NCBI GenBank assembly: GCA_965215665.1
Contig: OZ244110.1
Coordinates: 1,627,062-1,691,061 of the forward strand
DNA from: an uncultured Methylophaga sp.
GTDB lineage: Bacteria > Pseudomonadota > Gammaproteobacteria > Nitrosococcales > Methylophagaceae
Length of the DNA stretch: 64,000 nt
Reading direction: 5' to 3'
The position numbers and the translations under genes were made by a program. The notes beneath the pieces were generated by a model. It had not been told where the DNA came from and searched no databases. It saw nothing but the letters and a program-made list of their open reading frames with translations. This document shows positions 22,577 through 31,807 of this stretch, piece after piece. Within the stretch, counting starts at the first letter, position 1. The number at the start of each line of letters is the position of its first letter.

Positions 22577-23328
22577 TGCAAATTTTCCGTTCATTTATCT
22601 TTCTTATCATTTACGCAATAACAGCCATTCTATTCTCGGTAATAGGCGTGCTAATCTGGCCATTACCGTTTAAACAGCGCTACTGGGTGGTCAGTCGGTG
22701 GGCAGTGATGAATATCTGGCTGTTAAAAATTATTTGTGGATTAAGGCTGGAAGTCGAAGGGCGAGACAATATTCCTACGGAACCTTGTGTGATTTTATGC
22801 AAACATCAATCAGCTTGGGAAACACTGGCTTTACAGGCTGTGTTTCCTCCTCAGGTCTGGGTGTTGAAACGTGAATTATTATGGATTCCTTTTTTTGGTT
22901 GGGGACTCGCTTCGTTGCGGCCAATTGCCATTGATCGTAATGCCGGTCGTCAGGCTTTGCATCAGGTAATTGAGCAGGGCAAGGAACGGTTACAATCAGG
23001 CGCAATGGTAGTGGTGTTTCCTGAAGGAACGCGTTTACCACCAGGTACGATGGGGCGATTTGGGGTTGGTGGCGCCCGTTTGGCGGTGGAAGCAGGTGTT
23101 CCAGTCGTGCCGGTGGCGCATAACGCCGGCAGCTTTTGGGCAAAAAAAGGCTTTCTTAAACGTCCAGGCGTGATCAAAATGGTGATTGGGGCTAAGATAG
23201 AAATTCAGGATTTGTCAGCTAATGCCGTTAACCAAAAAGCGTATGATTGGATGACATTAACCATGACCCAATTGGAAGGGGAAACACCGGTGCAATTTAC
23301 TAAAGGTGAGCAGCGTGGCGAGAGCTGA
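22576..23328 (+). CDS. plsC: 1-acyl-sn-glycerol-3-phosphate acyltransferase
   Basis: KHQSAWET (HxxxxD/E), VLKREL, FPEGTR; ATG overlaps the gmhB stop. Confidence 0.9.
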   Translation: MQIFRSFIFLIIYAITAILFSVIGVLIWPLPFKQRYWVVSRWAVMNIWLLKIICGLRLEVEGRDNIPTEPCVILCKHQSAWETLALQAVFPPQVWVLKRELLWIPFFGWGLASLRPIAIDRNAGRQALHQVIEQGKERLQSGAMVVVFPEGTRLPPGTMGRFGVGGARLAVEAGVPVVPVAHNAGSFWAKKGFLKRPGVIKMVIGAKIEIQDLSANAVNQKAYDWMTLTMTQLEGETPVQFTKGEQRGES

Positions 23329-25396
23329 AGGTATTTTACGGTTATTAATTATTGATGATTCGCTTACCGAAGCTGACGCTATTATTAATATTTTACGCAG
23401 TGCCGGCCATGCGGTCAGAGCGGGACGAGAAGATGACTTTGATGCATTGGAGCTGTCTTTAAGCAAGCAAAGCTGGGACTTACTAATTTGTCGTGATAAT
23501 TTGCCAGCGTTGGCACCTGTTGAAATTGTCAATGTAATCAAACGGCTGGGTAAGGATTTACCGTGTGTTGTGATTACTGAAAATAAAGCCGCTGAAAAAG
23601 AATTGTTTCGCACGGGCGTTCAGGATGTTGTCTTCAAAGATGATACTGAGCGGCTGAAGTTTGCTGTTGAGCGTGAATTGGACAATCTGTTTATGCGGCG
23701 CCTGGGACGACGCAATGAGCGCGCACTGCGTGAGAGTGAAAAACGCTCACGTGCTTTACTGGAAAGCTCGAGAGATGCTGTGGCCTATATGCATGAAGGT
23801 ATGCATTTATATGTTAACAGTGCCTATCTCAATCTGTTTGGATATAAAGATCAGGAAGACATTGATGGCTTGCCGATTCTGGATTTAATTGATAGTGAAG
23901 ATCATGCCAAGTTCAAAATGGTCTTTCGGCAATTTACTGAAAAAGCTGATGCGAGCCCGGCAATACTGACTGCCCAATGTTTGAAAAACGATGGCTATGT
24001 ATTTGATGCGGACATCGAGTTCAGTCATGCACAGGTAGAAGGAGAAGATTGCACTCAGGTGGTTGTTCGTGACCGCAGTGAAGCTGATACCGAAGAAGAT
24101 GAACAATTAAAACGATTGCGTGACTTTGATCTGTTAACCGGATTATTTAATCGCACTCGCTTTGTAGATGAATTACAGCATGCTGTTAATCAGGCCGCTG
24201 AAAATCAGAGTGATTCTGCGCTACTCTATATGGTGTTGGATGATTTCCAGCAAATTAAAGAGCTTGTTGGGTTGGCAACCAGCGATATGGTGATTAAAAG
24301 TGTTGCCGATCTACTGCTAGAAACAGCTGAAGATGGTGAAAAAGTCGGTCGTTATGGTGATCAGATATTTACCGTTATCATCCCCAGTACTGACGAAAGT
24401 TTTGTGGATAAACGAGCTGAAGCCTTTTTGAACAGTGTTGCTGAATTTGTCTCTCATACCAACGGAAAAATGATAGATTTGCACTGTAGTATTGGGATAG
24501 CGCGCATCAGTGAAAATGTCGCTTCAGCCCAAACTGCTCTGGAGAATGCAGATAAAGCCTGTACTGATGCCCAACATGCTGGAGGCAATCAAACAGCCCG
24601 ATTCCAGGAGAAAATGCCTCAAAGCGACTCAGGTGAACTTTCTGCTTGGAAAACAGTTTTACAAAATGCCCTGAACAATGATTTATTCAATATTTATTTT
24701 CAACCCATTGTCCCTTTGCATGGTCCTCAACAAGAGTTCTATGACGTTCTGCTAAGGTTGCAGGATGGAGACAAAACCTTGCGAGCTGAAGAGTTTATTC
24801 AGCATGCTGTCAAATTGCAGATGATGGCTGAGGTGGATAAATGGGTCATTCGTACTGCACTTAAAAAGCTGGCGGAACATCAGCAAACTCATCCCAAAAC
24901 CCGGTTTTTTATTAAACTTTCTGAACAGACCCTGCATGAAAAAGATTATGTAGACTGGTTATCAGCAACGCTCTCAGCACATAATTTGACCGGAAAGGCG
25001 CTGATATTTGAAATCAGTGAAACAGCCGCCGTGGATAATATTGAAGATACCAAAAAAACTATTGCCAAACTTAAGGCAATTGGATGTGAATTTGGATTAG
25101 AGCATTTTGGTTCCGGTATAGGATTCTCGCATAGTCTGAATGTTCTGGATGTTGATTATCTAAAAATCAACGGCAATTTTGTCGAAAATATGGCGAACGA
25201 CACTGAAAATCAGGCAGCCATTAAATCAATAATTGATATGGCAAAGCAGGCTGAAAAACCCAGTATTGCCGAGTTTGTCTCAGACGCTGTAAGTCTTGCT
25301 CTTTTGTGGCGATTGGGTGTTGATTATGCCCAAGGTTATTATATTCATCAGCCTTCAGAGAAGCTCGATTACAATTTTGAAGACGAAGATCTCTGA
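23306..25396 (+). CDS. fimX: FimX-like REC-PAS-GGDEF-EAL protein with degenerate catalytic motifs
   Basis: LRLLIIDDS...SAGHAVR receiver-like start, PAS, GDQIF instead of GGDEF, DVL instead of EAL, EHFGSG instead of DDFGTG; start codon uncertain. Confidence 0.75.
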   Translation: MSSVARAEGILRLLIIDDSLTEADAIINILRSAGHAVRAGREDDFDALELSLSKQSWDLLICRDNLPALAPVEIVNVIKRLGKDLPCVVITENKAAEKELFRTGVQDVVFKDDTERLKFAVERELDNLFMRRLGRRNERALRESEKRSRALLESSRDAVAYMHEGMHLYVNSAYLNLFGYKDQEDIDGLPILDLIDSEDHAKFKMVFRQFTEKADASPAILTAQCLKNDGYVFDADIEFSHAQVEGEDCTQVVVRDRSEADTEEDEQLKRLRDFDLLTGLFNRTRFVDELQHAVNQAAENQSDSALLYMVLDDFQQIKELVGLATSDMVIKSVADLLLETAEDGEKVGRYGDQIFTVIIPSTDESFVDKRAEAFLNSVAEFVSHTNGKMIDLHCSIGIARISENVASAQTALENADKACTDAQHAGGNQTARFQEKMPQSDSGELSAWKTVLQNALNNDLFNIYFQPIVPLHGPQQEFYDVLLRLQDGDKTLRAEEFIQHAVKLQMMAEVDKWVIRTALKKLAEHQQTHPKTRFFIKLSEQTLHEKDYVDWLSATLSAHNLTGKALIFEISETAAVDNIEDTKKTIAKLKAIGCEFGLEHFGSGIGFSHSLNVLDVDYLKINGNFVENMANDTENQAAIKSIIDMAKQAEKPSIAEFVSDAVSLALLWRLGVDYAQGYYIHQPSEKLDYNFEDEDL

Positions 25397-25403
25397 TGAA
25401 AAT

Positions 25404-25440
25404 AAAAGGCTTACTTTAATTGCAAAGTAAGCCTTTTAAG
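25404..25440. terminator. Bidirectional terminator between fimX-like and htpX
   Basis: AAAAGGCTTACTTT-AATTGC-AAAGTAAGCCTTTT inverted repeat between convergent genes. Confidence 0.85.
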
Positions 25441-25442
25441 TA

Positions 25443-26324
25443 TTAAACACGTCCGGAACGCAATGCCTCAATCCGTTTCTCAAGCGGAGGATGCGTCATA
25501 AATAATGCAGAAATTCCAGCACGTCCACCTGAAATACCAAATGCATGTAATTGATCTGGTAAAGCCTCTTCGGCAGTGCCTGCCAGGCGTTGTAATGCAG
25601 CAATCATTTTTCCAGAGCCAACCAGCCTTGCTGCGCCGGCATCGGCACGAAATTCACGCTGACGACTGAACCACATCACGATAATACTGGCGAGAATACC
25701 AAGCACTAATTCTGCAATGATTGAAGTAATCCAGAAAGCTGGACCATGTCCTCGTTCAGTTTTGAAAACCGTCCGGTCCACTAGATGGCCTATCACCCTG
25801 GATAAGACGATAACAAATGTATTCACCACCCCTTGAATCAACGCCATGGTCACCATATCGCCATTCGCAACGTGACTGACTTCATGTGCTAAAACAGCCT
25901 CTACTTCATCCTGTGTCATGGATTGCATAAGTCCACTACTGACCGCGACCAATGCATTGTTACGATTCATACCGGTGGCAAAAGCATTAGGTTGGGGTGA
26001 ATGATAGATAGCCACCTCAGGCATACCGATGCCCGCCTGTTGTGCCTGACGTGACACGGTATCAACCAGCCATTTTTCAGTTGAGTTTTTAGGAGAGGTA
26101 ATCACCTCGGCGCCAGTCAATCGTTTGGCAGTCCATTTGGAAATAGCCAGAGAAATGAAGGAACCGCTAAAGCCAATAATTCCCGCAAAAATAAGCAAGG
26201 AAGTCATATTTAAACCAGCACCTTGCTCATCCAGCAGGCTATCTATACCGAGCAGTCGCATTGTCACGCTTAATACCGCTAACACCGCAATATTGGTGGC
26301 AAGGTACAACATGATTCGTTTCAT
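25443..26324 (-). CDS. htpX: Zinc metalloprotease HtpX
   Basis: [43 protein letters not shown]. Confidence 0.97.
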   Translation of the reverse strand: MKRIMLYLATNIAVLAVLSVTMRLLGIDSLLDEQGAGLNMTSLLIFAGIIGFSGSFISLAISKWTAKRLTGAEVITSPKNSTEKWLVDTVSRQAQQAGIGMPEVAIYHSPQPNAFATGMNRNNALVAVSSGLMQSMTQDEVEAVLAHEVSHVANGDMVTMALIQGVVNTFVIVLSRVIGHLVDRTVFKTERGHGPAFWITSIIAELVLGILASIIVMWFSRQREFRADAGAARLVGSGKMIAALQRLAGTAEEALPDQLHAFGISGGRAGISALFMTHPPLEKRIEALRSGRV

Positions 26325-26378
26325 TCGAGATTCCTTGAGATTAAGTTGTCAGTAATATGGGTGAGCAACGGGCTGTTT

Positions 26379-27482
26379 TCAAGCGGTAACCGATAAATTT
26401 TTAACCAATATATTTGCCAGATGATGACCATTATTTTGTTCGGTTTCGTCCAGCATTAAACTGCAAATGATGCCATGCTTATCGATAACACTTCCGCCGG
26501 CAGGCAGGTCATGACAATACTCTGGCCAGTCAAAATCAGCTGGAATGATGATTTTTTCCGGGGCAAAACAAAACCATAAGATTCGTTTTTTTGCAGGAAG
26601 TTCAACCGCTATTTCAGGCATAACACCAGTGGAGCTCATCAACTGCCAATAGATAATGGGAGCATCATTCGATAACAACTGACAGGAAGCGGTAGGGCGA
26701 GGATTCAGCTCCAGCAGAAAAATTTCGCCGGCTGGCTTGATTATAAAATCCAATGACATCAAACCGGTTAAAGATAGATTTTCGGTAAGTTTGTGTAATG
26801 CCTGATGGAGAATGTTTTGTTGTTTTAGCTCAAGTTGAAGGCCACTTGAGATAGCGTTTAGACTGAAGTTGTACAGACTGGGATTAACGGGAAATTGCTG
26901 ATTGAAAAGTAACAATTGAATGTCATTCGCTGCAGCTAGAAACAGCACGGATCCGCTGATACCTTCAATATATTGTTGATAATAATGTTCAGGTCTTTCA
27001 ACTACCGAATTTGCTTCAACAATGTGCGTTCCCCCCCAACTGGCAACCGATTTGGCTAACCACTTACTATTTGCCATCTGGGTTTTATGGAATGTTGTTG
27101 GCGGATGCGGTAAAGATAAACTTTCCAGTATCGCAATCCATTTTTCAGGGAGGCAAATCTGCTCAAAGCACTCATATGAGGGACCTGCAAATTTGATATG
27201 GGGGGGTAACTGTGACAGAGCAGAATAAAAACGCTCGATACCAGTGCCGCAGATTAACCAGCATGGCTCATCATCACTTAAGGTAATAATGGTTTGTAGC
27301 CATTGATTTGCTTCAAGATCATCGAGTGCAGATAGCTTCAGAAATCTATCTGCCACTTCCAGGGTATCAATATCAGCAAAGCAATCAGCTACACGTACGG
27401 AATAACCTTCACGTGTAGCCGATTGCGCCAGCATTCTTGCGCTTTGTGCAACAATCAACAGGAGCCTGGGATGTTCAGCCAT
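26379..27482 (-). CDS. ATP-grasp protein, probably OrfY-like (H4MPT/methanofuran C1 cluster)
   Basis: SARMLAQSA...VADCFADIDT N-terminus, SWGGTHI, QQYIEG, LLELNPRPTAS ATP-grasp motifs; immediately downstream of mtdB. Confidence 0.65.
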   Translation of the reverse strand: MAEHPRLLLIVAQSARMLAQSATREGYSVRVADCFADIDTLEVADRFLKLSALDDLEANQWLQTIITLSDDEPCWLICGTGIERFYSALSQLPPHIKFAGPSYECFEQICLPEKWIAILESLSLPHPPTTFHKTQMANSKWLAKSVASWGGTHIVEANSVVERPEHYYQQYIEGISGSVLFLAAANDIQLLLFNQQFPVNPSLYNFSLNAISSGLQLELKQQNILHQALHKLTENLSLTGLMSLDFIIKPAGEIFLLELNPRPTASCQLLSNDAPIIYWQLMSSTGVMPEIAVELPAKKRILWFCFAPEKIIIPADFDWPEYCHDLPAGGSVIDKHGIICSLMLDETEQNNGHHLANILVKNLSVTA

Positions 27483-27506
27483 TACTGGCTCCTGTGCACT
27501 CTATGC

Positions 27507-28412
27507 TTAAACCAGTTTACGAGCACCTTCAAAGGCATTACGGAAATCCAGATAAACTGGTTTATCACTTTCCAGTGTTTCTCTGAGTAGGGCTTGTTGC
27601 AGTTTATATTTCACATTACCAACCGCAAGTGCGCCGATACCGACAGCTTTTGGACATTGTGGTGTAAATTTCAGCGGTTCACCGTTATCCATTAACTCGA
27701 CACCTTCAATCCCCAGAGGGGAAACGGCATTCACATCGCCGGCCACTTTAAGCTTTTTAGCATCGCTCAGTACTGAAGCATTCAATACCTGAACACCTGC
27801 TTTAGCTGCACAGAAAACCACATCAGCATCACTTAACAGACGGGCTTTATCTGCGTCAGATGCTGCAGTGGTGGCTCGTAAGTTTACACCGTAACGTTTA
27901 CGGGCCTCATCAGAAAACTGCAGGGCTGTATCCAGTGAAAAGTGATCAACAATTGTTGTTTCAGCACCTTGAAGTGCAGCAATGACTGCGGTAGCAAGTC
28001 CCACCGGACCTGTACCGCCGAACACAACTGCTTTACAACCTTTGTAATCCTGCTTGAAATGTTTCTTTAATTCACGTTCGACACAGGCAACCAGTGCTGC
28101 TGCAGTAGTGAATGCACCACTTGGATCGGCAAATACCGGGATTTCAAACGGTGGTACCATTGCCGACTTGGCTGCATCCAGCATATCCATCGCCATACCA
28201 ATATCTCTGCCACCAATGAACATACCTGTCTTTTTTACACCGGCAGGACCACGGGAAAAAATGGCATCTTGAGTTAAGCCAGCCACCTCATTCAACTCAA
28301 CATTGTTGTAAGGCATGATGATGTCATAACCAGCATCCAATGCCATATTAATATCAAACGGACTGTTTTGTTTCATAGGGTTGAGCATATGAATGATGGA
28401 GCGCTTGGACAT
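27507..28412 (-). CDS. mtdB: NAD(P)-dependent methylene-H4MPT dehydrogenase
   Basis: SPFDINMALDAGY, QDAIFSRGP, FADPSGAFTTAAA, GGTGPVG, GDVNAV. Confidence 0.93.
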   Translation of the reverse strand: MSKRSIIHMLNPMKQNSPFDINMALDAGYDIIMPYNNVELNEVAGLTQDAIFSRGPAGVKKTGMFIGGRDIGMAMDMLDAAKSAMVPPFEIPVFADPSGAFTTAAALVACVERELKKHFKQDYKGCKAVVFGGTGPVGLATAVIAALQGAETTIVDHFSLDTALQFSDEARKRYGVNLRATTAASDADKARLLSDADVVFCAAKAGVQVLNASVLSDAKKLKVAGDVNAVSPLGIEGVELMDNGEPLKFTPQCPKAVGIGALAVGNVKYKLQQALLRETLESDKPVYLDFRNAFEGARKLV

Positions 28413-28421
28413 GTTAATCCC

Positions 28422-29474
28422 TCACTGTTTATTAAAATGTAAAGTCTTGTCGTCGATTGTAATGCCAGCACCCTTATTAACGCCAGCAGTAGTAATTAAT
28501 TCAATATCCTGCAATTGAGGATTTGAGTCAATCACGCCACGAAGCCTATCGATAAGGAAATCCGCCTGAGACTGACTCTCGGTAAAAACGCAGGATGTGG
28601 GCCCCCAGGAGCTTTGTGCCATACCAGTAAACCCCAGGGACTTGCAGTGTTCCATTAGGATGGATATGGCTTTGCTGGTGTACTGGCCACCTTGTGCTGG
28701 GGCAAAATGCTGACCAATCAAGGCCTGAATTTCGCTTACGGCCGAACCAAATAATTGAATATCCTGCTCAATTAATGCGGGTAATAGCTGCATCAGCGTC
28801 AGGTGACAAATACGTTGGCTGTGTTGTAACGGGAATGTTGGCAATTGCTGAAACGCCTGGATTTCAGTTTGACCATGAATGCCCTGATGACTTTTATCCA
28901 TCAACATCACCAGTCGCCACTGAGAGGGGAAGTCTTGCTGAAATAATCTGACTGGGGTCTGTGAGTTAGGTCCTAAGCCCGCATCAACTACAAAACCACC
29001 AGTATCAAAGGTGCTGATCCCAATTCCTGATCGCTTTCCACGATCCATTGCCAGAGCTATTTTTTCGGTAGGAATGTCCAGCTGATGATATTTCGCCAGT
29101 ATCTGACCAATGACCAGAGCTAGCTGAGTGCCTGAGCCGAGCCCCGCATGTTCTGGGATCAACGAGTGAATAGTGAGGCTGACCCGGCGTAAATCAGTCG
29201 GGATATTCGCCCCCAAGGTGAGATAAAACTGTTTTATCAGTTTAGTGATTTTTTGACTACTGGAATCTGTAACAGAAATATCTGATGTTAGCTGATCATC
29301 AGAATCAGAAAGGCTGAGCTTAGTATGGTGACTATCTACTGCTAAACCGATACTGCCAAAATGACGGCCTAAGCCGCCATTTAAATCCAGAAAACCCAGA
29401 TGGAGTCTTGCCGGAGCCTGTACACAGATCGTTTGACGTTCAACAGGTGAAACCGGTTTTTGCATTGCTGTCAC
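28422..29474 (-). CDS. mptG: Beta-ribofuranosylaminobenzene 5'-phosphate synthase (GHMP-kinase fold)
   Basis: APARLHLGFLDLNGGLGRHFGSIG, HAGLGSGTQLAL, RSGIG, GGFVVDAG, QSSWGPT. Confidence 0.93.
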   Translation of the reverse strand: MTAMQKPVSPVERQTICVQAPARLHLGFLDLNGGLGRHFGSIGLAVDSHHTKLSLSDSDDQLTSDISVTDSSSQKITKLIKQFYLTLGANIPTDLRRVSLTIHSLIPEHAGLGSGTQLALVIGQILAKYHQLDIPTEKIALAMDRGKRSGIGISTFDTGGFVVDAGLGPNSQTPVRLFQQDFPSQWRLVMLMDKSHQGIHGQTEIQAFQQLPTFPLQHSQRICHLTLMQLLPALIEQDIQLFGSAVSEIQALIGQHFAPAQGGQYTSKAISILMEHCKSLGFTGMAQSSWGPTSCVFTESQSQADFLIDRLRGVIDSNPQLQDIELITTAGVNKGAGITIDDKTLHFNKQ

Positions 29475-30337
29475 TAGGCGTTATCAATTTTACAGGCGAT
29501 ATCGTAGATAGTGGTTTCGTCCAAAAACAAATCATTGCTGTCAAACAGCGATGCAACTGCTCCTCGATGTACCTTCATTTTGAAGTTACCAATTGCAATA
29601 GCCCCGTAAAAACGCACTCCCTGTTTTTCTGTACCATTATCCATGACTTCCATACCTTCAACTCCCAACGGTGGAACCGCATTAACATCGGCAATCACTT
29701 CGAGCGTTTTGCTGGCAGTCCAGGTAGCTTCGGGAACAATACAAACACCAGCCGGACCAGCCGCAATAGCAACATGGGCGTCTTTAAGTAATGCCGCAAC
29801 GGCTTCATCACTTCGGGTTTCTCCGGGAATTACATCAACCCCATAGGCTTTTTTCATATGTTCGACAGTGGCTTTGCTTCGCGCCATGCTACGGCAGGTT
29901 AAGGTGACTTTACTCGCACCTTCTTTTAACAGGTACAAGGCAGTTCGTTGCCCCACAGGACCTGCCCCAAGAATCGCCACATTTTTGTCGGTAATGTCGT
30001 AGTCAGTCATTACTTTTCGGGCAATTGCTGCTGCTGTGGTATTAGATCCATTTGGATCCAGCATTACTGAAACTCTAACCGGACCAAAGAATGCTTTTTT
30101 GACGGCTTCACCGACAAGCTCACTGGAAGCGACATTTGAACCGCCGATAAAAATTGCGCTGTTTTTCAGGTTCTTTCCACCGCGGGTAAAAATCATGCCA
30201 TGAACATGAGAGGTGACATTGTCACGCGTTGCTCCGCCATGCGCGATAATGTTATCCACGCCGGAGTCATAGGCAACAGCTTGATCAAAAGTGCTCGCGA
30301 CGGTATCAGTATCGAGATGAAGCAATAATTTTTTCAT
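29474..30337 (-). CDS. mtdA: NADP-dependent methylene-H4F/H4MPT dehydrogenase (MtdA-type)
   Basis: MKKLLLHLDTD..STFD..VAYDSG, FTRGGK, FFGPVRVSVMLDPNGSNTTAAA; AGGAG Shine-Dalgarno 6 nt before ATG 30337. Confidence 0.85.
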   Translation of the reverse strand: MKKLLLHLDTDTVASTFDQAVAYDSGVDNIIAHGGATRDNVTSHVHGMIFTRGGKNLKNSAIFIGGSNVASSELVGEAVKKAFFGPVRVSVMLDPNGSNTTAAAIARKVMTDYDITDKNVAILGAGPVGQRTALYLLKEGASKVTLTCRSMARSKATVEHMKKAYGVDVIPGETRSDEAVAALLKDAHVAIAAGPAGVCIVPEATWTASKTLEVIADVNAVPPLGVEGMEVMDNGTEKQGVRFYGAIAIGNFKMKVHRGAVASLFDSNDLFLDETTIYDIACKIDNA

Positions 30338-30553
30338 CATGTTCTCCTGCATTCAGCATGGCTTGAGGTGAGATAAATAAACGCTGGATTTTACCCTATG
30401 TTGTTTCTGTGAGGAAATTAAACTGCCATTATGCTGTATCAAAAAGTTTGATTGGCAATACGTTAAAGTGGCAATATCCTGTTTCTGTGTAGGAACTTGT
30501 CTTGCAAATTACCAGTCACAGCAGCACTACATAATAAAATTTAGGAGTAGAGA

Positions 30554-30913
30554 ATGAAGAAAACCAGTCTGACCGTCCTGTTCGCCAGTATGACCATGTT
30601 AAGTGCCTCCGCTATTGCCGATGACCATATGGATTTTTCTACGGTTACCAAGGTGCAATACGTAAATGATTGTATGCAGGCAAATACAAATCTAAACGTA
30701 TATGAAGGCGTGCACAAATGTTCATGCGTGGTGGATAAGCTTGATGAAGCATTTACCCAGACTGATTTCGAAGACATCAGCACTGCCTACATGTATCGTA
30801 ATCTGCCAGCCGATCGCGGTGCACAATTCCGTGACGACGAAGGTTTGAGTGGTGGTATAGATAAATATGAAGAAGTATCAGCTTCAGCTTACAAAGAATG
30901 CAGAATTCAATAG
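30554..30913 (+). CDS. Small exported four-cysteine protein of unknown function (quinoprotein-cluster associated)
   Basis: Signal peptide, QYVNDCM...KCSCVVD...FRDD...KECR; AGGAG Shine-Dalgarno; followed by a terminator. Confidence 0.8.
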   Translation: MKKTSLTVLFASMTMLSASAIADDHMDFSTVTKVQYVNDCMQANTNLNVYEGVHKCSCVVDKLDEAFTQTDFEDISTAYMYRNLPADRGAQFRDDEGLSGGIDKYEEVSASAYKECRIQ

Positions 30914-30932
30914 TTTCTGATTGATGCGAATG

Positions 30933-30963
30933 AAAAAAAGGCCGTTTCAAACGGCCTTTTTTT
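30933..30963. terminator. Bidirectional terminator
   Basis: AAAAAAAGGCCGTTT-C-AAACGGCCTTTTTTT between convergent genes. Confidence 0.85.
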
Positions 30964-30989
30964 ATGCATTAAAGTAGTAAAAATATCCG

Positions 30990-31787
30990 CTAGATTTGTT
31001 TATCCATGCTGTAAGTCATTTCTTTACTGTCATTCACCATCGCTTTTAACACACCATGCTTTTGCGGGGTGAAGTTAAACCGGATACTGGGGTCTTCACT
31101 TATTGAAATGCCTGCCTCAAGCGTAATCAGGTTTTCATCTTCAAAATCAATGACAATTTCTTTCACATAATGCGGTGGAATATAGCCACGGGTTTTTTGG
31201 TCAAACTGTAGGCCACTGTTATTCGGGTGACTTACAACTACCTGTGCTTTTGTGGTTTCGCCAATGCTGGCTTCTCGCATACGAATCTGCATTTTGCCCA
31301 ACCGGGCCATTGCAGCTTCCATGTCTTTACCTGCCGGAGCACTACATCCTCCTGATGCTTTGACGAATTTTGACACCATATGCAAAGAACCATCATTCAT
31401 TTCTGCAATAGCGCGCATATCGGTGTATTGATCGACCCTGACCCGTGTAGCGATATCAATATCACCAAGTGTCGGTGATAAATGGAAATTCGCAGAATAT
31501 GGCATCGGGTTTTTATCGATGATGATATGTATGTTTTTGATGTATTTCTCAGCGGTCTGTGGCTGAACGGATTTCACACTGATTGGAACAATGGCCGCAT
31601 CTTCAGCCCGGGTAGGCGCTTCAAGAATCAAAACATCATCGGCATTTTCATGAATTTTACGATCACCAAAATAAGTTTGTTTAAGCGCTGACCATAAATC
31701 CTCTTCAGCTGTTGCAGCATTTGCAATGAGGCCATGACTCATAAAAACTGCAAATACAGCCCAAAAAATTGTATTTCGCCCCATCAT
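30990..31787 (-). CDS. Quinoprotein dehydrogenase-associated SoxYZ-like carrier protein (fused SoxY-SoxZ)
   Basis: Signal peptide, RAEDAAIVP, IDKNPMP, VKASGGCSAP SoxY-type Cys motif, then SHPNNSGLQFDQ and ISISEDPS SoxZ-like motifs; start re-placed at ATG 31787 after AGGAG. Confidence 0.88.
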   Translation of the reverse strand: MMGRNTIFWAVFAVFMSHGLIANAATAEEDLWSALKQTYFGDRKIHENADDVLILEAPTRAEDAAIVPISVKSVQPQTAEKYIKNIHIIIDKNPMPYSANFHLSPTLGDIDIATRVRVDQYTDMRAIAEMNDGSLHMVSKFVKASGGCSAPAGKDMEAAMARLGKMQIRMREASIGETTKAQVVVSHPNNSGLQFDQKTRGYIPPHYVKEIVIDFEDENLITLEAGISISEDPSIRFNFTPQKHGVLKAMVNDSKEMTYSMDKQI

Positions 31788-31807
31788 TTTCGCTCTCCTA
31801 ATAATTA

